Assembly (NCBI GenBank): GCA_964634005.1
Contig: CAZWKQ010000001.1
Coordinates: 343,788-407,787 of the forward strand
DNA from: an uncultured Bacteroides sp.
Lineage (GTDB): Bacteria; Bacteroidota; Bacteroidia; Bacteroidales; JACABE01
DNA length: 64,000 nucleotides
Direction: 5' to 3'
Numbering within the stretch: position 1 is the stretch's first letter; every line of letters begins with the position of its first letter. The position numbers and the translations under genes are program-made. The notes under the pieces were generated by a model. That model was not told the origin of the DNA, did no database searches, and was given only the letters and a program-made list of their open reading frames with translations. Shown piece by piece: positions 56,314-64,000 of the stretch.

Positions 56314-58254
56314 TTATTCTTCATTTTCAAGCAATTCATAATGAAGCTCTTCCCACAATTGAATTTGTTGATTTAAATTTTGTTTCAAAATTTCATATTT
56401 GCTGAAGAAACTGTTATTTTCAATATTTTTTTGAAACTCTTCAGGATTAGCCATAATGCTATCCATCATACTAATTTCATTTTCTAATCTACTTATTTCA
56501 TCTTCACATTTTTGGATTTTATTTTTAATTTTTCTGATTTCTTTTTCGTTAATCTTCCTTTTTTCCCAATTTATTTTGTTTTCCGATATTTTTTCCGATT
56601 TGTCTTCGTAATTAAGTTTTTCAGTTGTTTCGAGCTGTTTTAAATTTTCTAAATTTTTGTATTCTAAAAAATCGTAAATATCACCAATATAAGTTTTTAT
56701 GGTTTTATTTTTAAATTCAAATACTTTTTCGGTCAATCCTTGAAGAAAGTCCCTATCATGAGAAACGATAATTAAAGTACCTTTAAATTGCAGTAAAGCA
56801 TTTTTTAAAATATCTTTCGACTGCATATCAAGGTGGTTGGTAGGTTCGTCAAGTACAAGCAAATTTACCGGAGTAAGTAAAAGTTTTGCAAGCGCCAACC
56901 GCGATTTTTCACCACCTGAAAGAACTTTAACCTTTTTATCAACATCTTCACCGCCAAAAAGGAAGCCACCTAATATCGAACGTATTTTTGGGCGAATTTC
57001 ACCTACGGCAATATCATCAATAGTTTGAAATACCGTTTTTTCTGGGTCAAGCATAGCAGCCTGATTTTGTGCATAATAACCAATTTTAACCTGATGTCCC
57101 AAATTTAATAAACCTTCGTATTCGAGTTCGCCTACAATTATTTTCGACAAAGTGGTTTTTCCTTCTCCGTTTTTTCCCACAAATGCAATCCTTTCGCCTC
57201 TGTTTACTACAAAAGAAATATCATTTAAAACCAAGTTATTATCGTATTTTTTAGTAATATTTTTCACTTCCAAAACCACTTTTCCCGAATGTAGTGCATC
57301 AGGAAATTTGAAAAAAATTGAGGACTTATCTATTTCATCAATTTCTACAAAGTCCATTTTATCAAGTAGTTTTATCCTCGATTGAACTTGTCTTGCCTTT
57401 GAGGCTTTATATCTGAATTTTTCGATAAAACGCTCTATAGATTGTATTTCTTTCTGTTGATTATTAAATGCGGCGATTTGCTGCTGCTGCCGCTCTTGCC
57501 TTTGAATAACATATTCAGAATACGAAACTTTGTAATCGAAAATTTTTCCGAGGGAAATCTCTATTGTTCTGTTTGTTACATTATCAAGGAAAGCTCTATC
57601 ATGAGAAACCAAAACAACTGCTCCTTGATAATTTATTAAAAAATTTTCGAGCCATTGTATTGACTCAATATCAAGGTGATTTGTAGGTTCGTCGAGGAGT
57701 AAAGTATCGGGACGTTTTAGTAAAATTTTTGCCAGCTCTACCCTCATTTGCCAACCTCCACTGAAAAATTTTAAAGGAGTAATAAAATCTTCCTTTTCAA
57801 AGCCTAACCCGAGCAATACTTTTTCAGTTTCGGCATTCATTGTATTACCGCCTATAACATTATATCTTTCGGTACTTTCAGTTAGTTGATTTAGTAATTT
57901 TAAATAATCATCCGATTCATAATCAGTTCTATGTGTAATTTCATCAGTAATTTTAAGGATTTTGGATTTCAGTAATAAGGCTTCTTCAAATGCCAGTAAT
58001 GCTTCATCGAAAACAGTTTTATCACTGTCTGTTACCATCTCCTGAGGCAAGTAACCGATTGTTTGACCTGTCGTTTTGATAATTTCGCCCTGTTCGGGGT
58101 CAATTTCACCATATAGTATTTTTAGTAAAGTTGATTTTCCTGCTCCATTTTTACCTACTAAACCTATTCTGTCTCTGTCATTTATTATAAACGACACATT
58201 GTTGAATAAATATTCGCCTGTAAAATGTATAGATAGCTTATTAACAGATATCAT
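56314..58254 (-). CDS. ABC-F family ATPase (translation-associated, no TM domain)
   Basis: Two ABC cassettes (GKNGAGKST, LSGGW..R, LLLDEP; GKNGEGKTT, LSGGEKSR, LVLDEP) and a C-terminal coiled coil. Confidence 0.9.
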   Translation of the reverse strand: MISVNKLSIHFTGEYLFNNVSFIINDRDRIGLVGKNGAGKSTLLKILYGEIDPEQGEIIKTTGQTIGYLPQEMVTDSDKTVFDEALLAFEEALLLKSKILKITDEITHRTDYESDDYLKLLNQLTESTERYNVIGGNTMNAETEKVLLGLGFEKEDFITPLKFFSGGWQMRVELAKILLKRPDTLLLDEPTNHLDIESIQWLENFLINYQGAVVLVSHDRAFLDNVTNRTIEISLGKIFDYKVSYSEYVIQRQERQQQQIAAFNNQQKEIQSIERFIEKFRYKASKARQVQSRIKLLDKMDFVEIDEIDKSSIFFKFPDALHSGKVVLEVKNITKKYDNNLVLNDISFVVNRGERIAFVGKNGEGKTTLSKIIVGELEYEGLLNLGHQVKIGYYAQNQAAMLDPEKTVFQTIDDIAVGEIRPKIRSILGGFLFGGEDVDKKVKVLSGGEKSRLALAKLLLTPVNLLVLDEPTNHLDMQSKDILKNALLQFKGTLIIVSHDRDFLQGLTEKVFEFKNKTIKTYIGDIYDFLEYKNLENLKQLETTEKLNYEDKSEKISENKINWEKRKINEKEIRKIKNKIQKCEDEISRLENEISMMDSIMANPEEFQKNIENNSFFSKYEILKQNLNQQIQLWEELHYELLENEE

Positions 58255-58268
58255 TATAATTTTTTTGC

Positions 58269-58276
58269 AAAAGTAG
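58269..58276 (-). promoter_or_regulatory. -7 box TACTTTTG (minus strand) upstream of the ABC-F gene
   Basis: The reverse complement of caaaagta matches TAnnTTTG, 15 nt upstream of the ATG at 58254. Confidence 0.4.
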
Positions 58277-58395
58277 TAAAAATCAGAATTCTCTGTTATT
58301 CTACATCTATTCTGAAATTTTTTGAATCAATACGGTTTATTGTTGAAAAGTGAAAAATAATATCAAGATTTGACTTATAGTTTTATTATATTTAA

Positions 58396-58935
58396 TCAAG
58401 GATTTAATATTTTTTCATAAACCGGACTATTGCTTTTAGTGTCAAAACCGTAAAGTTCGATATATTCAACAGAAGTGTATAATTTGGGTTTTGCATATAC
58501 AAAAATCTTTTTCAGATATGCATCCTTTCCGTTTATATTAATTAAAGCGTAAGTTTTATTATGAATATCCTGAAAAAGTAAAATATTTCTTTTGTTGTAT
58601 GCCACAAGTTGAATAATTATTGATTTTTCTTTCTTTTCAATTACTTTGTATCCATAAGCTAATTTTCTTTCAATTCCGTTCAGTTCGCATCGATTGCCAT
58701 CAGTAGCATAGTGAATGTAATAAACATCCAAAGGGTTATCGTAGTTAATCTTTCCGCTTATAATATTTGCATCATAATAAATTGCATTAGCATTTTTATT
58801 TCGCTCGATAATAAAAAGTGTCTGATTTGACGGAGAAGATTTAAATTTACTATCTTTAAAACTATAACCGTCAATTAATTTGTATTGATTAATGGGATAT
58901 AAGGAAAAAACAATTGACAGCAGTAATGATAACAT
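58396..58935 (-). CDS. Small secreted protein, possibly DUF4833 family; last gene of the NeuB-like operon
   Basis: Short hydrophobic N-terminus MLSLLLSIVFSLY. LFIIERNKNANAIYYDAN..NPLDVYY resembles my recollection of DUF4833. Lies 7 nt after the NeuB-like stop. Confidence 0.45.
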   Translation of the reverse strand: MLSLLLSIVFSLYPINQYKLIDGYSFKDSKFKSSPSNQTLFIIERNKNANAIYYDANIISGKINYDNPLDVYYIHYATDGNRCELNGIERKLAYGYKVIEKKEKSIIIQLVAYNKRNILLFQDIHNKTYALININGKDAYLKKIFVYAKPKLYTSVEYIELYGFDTKSNSPVYEKILNP

Positions 58936-58942
58936 ATTATTT

Positions 58943-59836
58943 TTAAGGTATTTGAGTAAATTTTCTAAGTTTTTTTATCGAATTCATTTCGCTTTCATAA
59001 ACGGTTTTAATACCATTTCCTAGTGCTTTTTCGATATCCCTTATATCTTTAACCATTCTGAACATACCGCCTATTTCGACAGAAGCAGCCTGGTCGGAGC
59101 CCCATAATGCACGGTCGAGGGTAATATGTCGTTCTATAAAACTGGCGCCCATAGCTACAGCAGCGAGAGTTGGAGCTAATCCGGTTTCGTGTCCTGAATA
59201 TCCTATAGGCACACTCGGATATTTATTTAAAAAAGAATTTATCACTCTTAAATTCAACTCTTCTAATTTACAGGGATATGTAGAAGTACTTTGAGCTATA
59301 AGCAAATTTTCGGTACCAATTTCATTTATTGCGTAATCTATTTGTTCTTCGGTTGACATACCTGTCGAAATCATCAAAGGGATACCAGTTTTTCTGGCCT
59401 CTTTAAGTAACTCAATATCAGTTAAACTTGCCGATGCAAATTTTAACAATACCGGTTCAAATTTCAGTAAAAACTGCAGGGCTTCATTATCCCATGGAGA
59501 AGCAAACCACTGTATGTTTTTTTCTTTGCAATATTTATCTATTTCGGCATATTCTTTTTCTCCGAATTCTACTTTGTGCCTGTAATCGATATATTTCATT
59601 CTTCCCCAAGGGGTATCGCGTTCAATATCCCATTGGTCTCTGGGAGTACATATTTCGGGTGTTCGTTTTTGAAATTTCACGGCATCACAGCCTGCAAAAA
59701 CGGCACCATCAATCAGTTTTTTGGCAATTTCCAGCGAACCATTATGATTTATGCCTATTTCTGCTATTATATATACCGGATGACCATCGCCTATAAATTT
59801 ATTTCCTACTTTTACTTCTCTATTCATATTAATCAT
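58943..59836 (-). CDS. NeuB-family PEP-condensing ulosonic acid (phosphate) synthase, lacking the C-terminal SAF domain
   Basis: IIAEIGINHNGSLEIAKKLIDGAVFAGCDAVKFQKR, ASPWD, GYSGHE, ERHITLD. At 297 aa it ends just after the TIM barrel. Confidence 0.8.
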   Translation of the reverse strand: MINMNREVKVGNKFIGDGHPVYIIAEIGINHNGSLEIAKKLIDGAVFAGCDAVKFQKRTPEICTPRDQWDIERDTPWGRMKYIDYRHKVEFGEKEYAEIDKYCKEKNIQWFASPWDNEALQFLLKFEPVLLKFASASLTDIELLKEARKTGIPLMISTGMSTEEQIDYAINEIGTENLLIAQSTSTYPCKLEELNLRVINSFLNKYPSVPIGYSGHETGLAPTLAAVAMGASFIERHITLDRALWGSDQAASVEIGGMFRMVKDIRDIEKALGNGIKTVYESEMNSIKKLRKFTQIP

Positions 59837-60338
59837 TTTTTAATTTTGCCTCTATTATTAATTCTGCAAACTCTCTATATGCCCCATAGCCGCCATTATT
59901 GGATGTTATGTAATCGGAAATTTTTTTTACTTCGCCGAAAGCGTCGTTTGGACATGCAGAAATGCCTACAATTTTCATAACTTCAATATCATTTACATCA
60001 TCGCCTATATAAGCTATTTCCGATAATTCGATTTTTCTCTTTTTACAAATTTCCTCAACACATTTTACTTTATTTTTTATATCGGTATGTAATTCTTTAA
60101 TTTTCAATTTTCTTGCTCTTTTTGAAACTAAAACTGAGGGTTCTCCGGTTACGATGCCCGTTTCAACATTTACAATCTTTTTAAGTCGCTCTGTTCCCAT
60201 ACCGTCTCTTAATGAAAATTTTTTCATTTCTTCACCATTATTTGTGTAGTAAACACAACCATCTGTAAGTACACCATCACAATCGGTGAGTAATAATTTA
60301 ACTTTTGCGGCTTTTTTTAATAATTCTTCTTTATTCAT
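59829..60338 (-). CDS. KdsC-type (C0 HAD) ulosonate-phosphate phosphatase
   Basis: VKLLLTDCDGVLTDG, SLRDGMG, GIVTGE, YIGDDVNDIEVM. ATG at 60338 is preferred to TTG at 60368. Confidence 0.8.
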   Translation of the reverse strand: MNKEELLKKAAKVKLLLTDCDGVLTDGCVYYTNNGEEMKKFSLRDGMGTERLKKIVNVETGIVTGEPSVLVSKRARKLKIKELHTDIKNKVKCVEEICKKRKIELSEIAYIGDDVNDIEVMKIVGISACPNDAFGEVKKISDYITSNNGGYGAYREFAELIIEAKLKND

Positions 60339-60352
60339 ATATAAGATATTAA

Positions 60353-61138
60353 TTACCAGCAAGTCCAACCACCATCAACTATCAGATTTGCACCTGTCAT
60401 ATAAGATGAAGCATCTGATGCAAGAAAAACAACAGCACCTTTGTAGTCGTCAATACTTGCCATTCTTTTTAATGGAGTTTTTTCAGAATACTTTTCTATA
60501 AAAAATTCATCCTGATTATTTTCTACACCACCCGGAGTAAGTGCATTTACTCTAATCCCTTTATTTCCCCAGTAAGCTGCAAGATATTTTGTAAGCATTA
60601 AAACGCCTCCTTTTGAAGCCGAATAAGCAGGCGGCTTATAAAATACCTGTTCTCCTTCTTTGTTTTTGTAAAGACTTTGGTCTGGTGCCGTAATACCGTA
60701 TGTAGAAATAATGTTGATTATACTGCCTCCGTTATGATTCAACATCTCTTTTCCGATTATCTTAGAGCATATAAATGTCCCTGTAAGATTGACTTTTATA
60801 GATTTTTCCCAAAGCTCAAGCGGATAATTCTCGAATTTCGATTGTTCTAAAGCAGCTTTTGGGTTTTCAAACATGTCATTTATAGAGGCATTATTAACCA
60901 ATATGTTAATTTTGCGATATTTATCAATAACTTTTTGTTTTAAATTTTCAACTTCTTCTTCCTTTGTTATATCAGCCTTTATAAAGTGGTAATTTTTTAT
61001 AATATATTCGTTTTCAATAATATCAGTAGCTATTACCTCAGCACCTGCTTCATGTAATGCATCGCAAAAAGCTTTACCTATCAATCCGCAAGCACCTGTA
61101 ACAATAGCAACTTTGTTTTTCAGAGAAAATCTATCCAT
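60353..61138 (-). CDS. Classical SDR-family oxidoreductase
   Basis: VAIVTGACGLIGKAF, NNAS, YSASKGG (YxxxK). Confidence 0.85.
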   Translation of the reverse strand: MDRFSLKNKVAIVTGACGLIGKAFCDALHEAGAEVIATDIIENEYIIKNYHFIKADITKEEEVENLKQKVIDKYRKINILVNNASINDMFENPKAALEQSKFENYPLELWEKSIKVNLTGTFICSKIIGKEMLNHNGGSIINIISTYGITAPDQSLYKNKEGEQVFYKPPAYSASKGGVLMLTKYLAAYWGNKGIRVNALTPGGVENNQDEFFIEKYSEKTPLKRMASIDDYKGAVVFLASDASSYMTGANLIVDGGWTCW

Positions 61139-62471
61139 TTTTTACAACAGGTTTGGTGTTAAAATCAGAAACTTTTCTAATTAAAGGTTGTATTGGAATA
61201 CCTTTTACCGATTCTTTTAAATTGTTTGATAATACTTTTTCTTTCAGCATTTTAAGTACCTCCTCAAAGGCAGTTATGGTATAAAAAATATCAAGGTTTG
61301 AGTGAGAAAAACTCATATTAAAAAAACCTGACCAAAGGATTCCTTTTTTTATAAGTTCCTGTTGTACAAAAGATTTCTGAATTAAAGGATCGCCTCCTTT
61401 TTCATCAAATGCCATCATAAAGCGAAAAGGATAACCTTTTAATGAAAGAAAATCAATATCAATATCTTTTATAATTTTTTCAATTCCTTCTTTAAGCTTA
61501 CTACCTTGATTATGTATTTGTTCAATAACATTATTTTCGATCATTTCTTCTATCGTAGCTTTAGCCGCAGCTAAGGATAGGGCTTCACCACCAAAAGTAT
61601 TGAAGAAGAAAACATCTTCTTCGAGCAAATTCATAATTTCGCGTTTCCCGGTCAGAACTGCTATAGGCATTCCATTTGCAATAGCTTTGGAATAAGTTGC
61701 CAAATCGGGAGTTATTCCAAAATATTCCTGTGCTCCACCAAGAGACATTCTGAAACCTGTCCACATTTCGTCAAATATCAGAAGAATATTATTCTCCTTA
61801 CATATCTCATGTAACTTATGCAAAAAGTTGTCTTTTGGTTCCTCAAAAACTACCGGTTCGAGTATGATTGCAGCTGTATTTTCATCTATCGAATTTTTAA
61901 CAGATTCTATATCGTTGTAATTAAAAGTATATGTTAAGTTTTTGACTTCTTCGGGAATACCGGCATTCCTTGCAATAGTACTAACATACCAGTCGTGCCA
62001 ACCGTGATAGCCACAGCATAATATTTTGTTTTTCCCGGTATATGCTCTTGCAAGACGAATTGCTGCACTTGTAACATCGGCTCCTGACTTACTATACCTT
62101 ACACATTCGGCATTAGGAATAATTTTTCTGATTAGCATTGCCACTTCAACTTCTAAAGGATGCATAAGCGAAAAAGTTATTCCGTCCTTTAATTGATTTA
62201 AAATGGCATTATCTGTCCTCGGATAAGCATACCCCAATGAAATTGGGCCTATAGCCATATTGTAATCCAGATATTCATTGCCATCAACATCAATTACGTG
62301 CGAACCTCTGCCACTTTTTAAGTATTTTGGGGCTATTCCATTCACATATTGTGAAGGGCTTTTTGCCATAGTTTGCGAAAGGGCAGGAATTAAGTCAAGA
62401 GCAATATCGTACCACTTATTCGATTGCTTAATAATGGGAAACTCACCGTTAAATTCAATTCTATTAGCCAT
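61131..62471 (-). CDS. Class III PLP aminotransferase (glutamate-1-semialdehyde aminomutase-like)
   Basis: GSHVIDVDGNEYLDY, SKSGADVTSAAIRLAR, FDEMWTGFR, YSKAIANGMP (PLP Lys). Confidence 0.85.
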   Translation of the reverse strand: MANRIEFNGEFPIIKQSNKWYDIALDLIPALSQTMAKSPSQYVNGIAPKYLKSGRGSHVIDVDGNEYLDYNMAIGPISLGYAYPRTDNAILNQLKDGITFSLMHPLEVEVAMLIRKIIPNAECVRYSKSGADVTSAAIRLARAYTGKNKILCCGYHGWHDWYVSTIARNAGIPEEVKNLTYTFNYNDIESVKNSIDENTAAIILEPVVFEEPKDNFLHKLHEICKENNILLIFDEMWTGFRMSLGGAQEYFGITPDLATYSKAIANGMPIAVLTGKREIMNLLEEDVFFFNTFGGEALSLAAAKATIEEMIENNVIEQIHNQGSKLKEGIEKIIKDIDIDFLSLKGYPFRFMMAFDEKGGDPLIQKSFVQQELIKKGILWSGFFNMSFSHSNLDIFYTITAFEEVLKMLKEKVLSNNLKESVKGIPIQPLIRKVSDFNTKPVVKNG

Positions 62472-62482
62472 ATCGGAAAATT

Positions 62483-64000
62483 TTAATTATTTCTTATTCT
62501 TTTAGCAAGAGTAGCTCCGTCTAATCCGTGATAACTCAATACTTCCGGAGGTGTACCACAAGCAGGATAATTTTCGATACCAAATTTTTCAAAATGCTTT
62601 CCTTGTATTAAATTTAATTTTACCATTTTCGATAAAATAAAATCGCCAAGTCCACCGACAGTCGAGTGGTCATCAAGAACATAAATTTTATTGATATCAG
62701 CTATTTGTCCTTCAAACCAATTTTCGTCCATTCTATTTAAACTCGACATATTTATCACTTTAAGTCCAAGACCCTCATTTCTTAATATTTCACTTGCTTT
62801 TAGAGCTTCATTGAGCATTACAGGGCCATAAGCAAATATAACAGCATCTCTGCCCTCAGTAAGTTCTACTCCGCAACCTGCCGTGAAAACATAACCCTGA
62901 GGTAATTCTATTCTTTGAGGCGAAGGGCTTATATTCATTCTTATTACACAATTTGATTTTGCAAAATTTACACAATACGAAAGTATTTGCTCAACTTCAA
63001 GAGAATTGCATGGCTGGAAAATCTCAATATTAGGGATGGCTCCTATAAGAGAAATATCTCTAACACTTTGGTGTGATTTTCCGGGACCTGCCGGAATAAG
63101 ACCTCCATAGTGGAAGGCATAAATAATTTTGGTTAATTCAGTAGCATTATTATAAATCTGCTCATTGGCTCTTGATGCCAAAAAAGCAGCAAAAGAGTTC
63201 ACTACAGGCAGCAACCCCATTCTTGCCAAACCACCGGCCATAGAAACCATATCTTGTTCGGCTATTCCATTTTCAATAAACTGTTCAGGTAAATTATATT
63301 CAAAATTCCTTAGTCTGCAATCGGATGCTAAATCGGCGTCTAATACAATCAGTTCGGGATGAAATTTACCTTCGTTTAATAATGCTTTACCAAAAGCTTC
63401 TACAACATATTCGGAAGTCGCTTTCGAAACATGCAACTGTGTTGAGGCTTGACTTATAGGCTCACCCAATTCATTCAAATGTATTTCTTTTGGCAAACTA
63501 CTAATAATTGTTTCAAAATCAGTAAATTTAACCGGTTCGATATTCAATAAACCGAGTTGTTTCTGAATTTTATCTTCAATTTCTTCTATTGCTTTATTGA
63601 AAGAATTATCATCGGGAGCACCGGCATGCCACGGATATAGGCCATTGATTAAACTCATTGCATTTGGATGCTCCATAAAAGAAACTCCCTTGCCTTTTAT
63701 AGTATTGGCAATTATAAAAAAGTTTTCCTTACATTTTTGTTTCCTTATTGTAAATGCCCCATCAATATCGCTAAAACTATTTCCATCTATACTAATTACA
63801 TTCCACCCGAAAGATTCAATTTTTTCTTTTAAATTTCCTAAAGAAACAATATCATCAATATATTTGTCCGACTGTACTTTATTATGGTCCATAATTACCG
63901 TAAAACCGGTAATTCCCTGATGAAAAGCACTTTGTAGAGCCTCATAGTTCTGACCTTCCTGAAATTCGCCATCACCGGTCAATACATACACATGTCCATT
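62483..64000 (-). CDS. Fused transketolase-like TPP enzyme (N-terminal part outside window)
   Basis: The frame stays open to the window edge (..NGHVYVLTGDGEFQEGQNYEAL = TPP-binding GDG motif). Followed by a pyrimidine-binding domain (IAEQDMVSMAGGLA) and a C-terminal domain. Confidence 0.8.
   Translation of the reverse strand, partial: NGHVYVLTGDGEFQEGQNYEALQSAFHQGITGFTVIMDHNKVQSDKYIDDIVSLGNLKEKIESFGWNVISIDGNSFSDIDGAFTIRKQKCKENFFIIANTIKGKGVSFMEHPNAMSLINGLYPWHAGAPDDNSFNKAIEEIEDKIQKQLGLLNIEPVKFTDFETIISSLPKEIHLNELGEPISQASTQLHVSKATSEYVVEAFGKALLNEGKFHPELIVLDADLASDCRLRNFEYNLPEQFIENGIAEQDMVSMAGGLARMGLLPVVNSFAAFLASRANEQIYNNATELTKIIYAFHYGGLIPAGPGKSHQSVRDISLIGAIPNIEIFQPCNSLEVEQILSYCVNFAKSNCVIRMNISPSPQRIELPQGYVFTAGCGVELTEGRDAVIFAYGPVMLNEALKASEILRNEGLGLKVINMSSLNRMDENWFEGQIADINKIYVLDDHSTVGGLGDFILSKMVKLNLIQGKHFEKFGIENYPACGTPPEVLSYHGLDGATLAKRIRNN

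Noticed and set aside
59428-59980. 122-aa and 134-aa plus-strand ORFs
   Set aside because: They are antisense to the NeuB-like and KdsC-like genes, which have clear family motifs.
1-64000. Search for CRISPR arrays, IS elements or transposases, integrases next to the two tRNAs, phage genes, toxin-antitoxin pairs and known defence systems
   Set aside because: None was found by eye. There are no spaced direct repeats, no DDE, tyrosine or serine recombinase motifs, and no duplicated tRNA 3' fragments near tRNA-Leu or tRNA-Ser. Gene content is contiguous housekeeping and envelope genes.

Overview
AT-rich chromosomal segment that looks like Bacteroidota. Supporting signs are two T9SS C-terminal sorting domains, TAnnTTTG -7 promoter boxes upstream of many genes, few Shine-Dalgarno sites, and Gln at +1 of predicted signal peptidase I sites. 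I call about 60 tightly packed CDS and two tRNAs (Leu-TAG, Ser-GGA). Most of it is housekeeping: miaB tail, prs-rplY-pth, lnt, lptB, glnS, folB, dnaG, glutamine synthetase, cysS, nadD, dusB, recJ, ansA, tatD, mazG, rpsF-rpsR-rplI and an ABC-F protein. Envelope and secretion genes are interspersed: a Wza/Wzc pair, an OmpA/TSP3 protein, ExbB-ExbD-ExbD, a PPAD-like T9SS cargo, a C10 protease T9SS cargo and glutaminyl cyclase. I found no CRISPR array, transposase, integrase, phage genes or recognisable defence system. I cannot point to a clear-cut novel system. The best candidates are: (1) a translationally coupled six-gene minus-strand operon that runs off the right edge (58396..64000), combining fused transketolase, class III aminotransferase, SDR, KdsC-type phosphatase, SAF-less NeuB-like synthase and a secreted DUF4833-like protein, which fits no canonical ulosonic-acid route I know; (2) an overlapping J-domain protein and signal-peptide-less 8-bladed PQQ-like beta-propeller pair (3796..5671); (3) a glutaminyl cyclase close to a PPAD-architecture deiminase. 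All calls come from reading the translations and sequence by eye; no database search was run.
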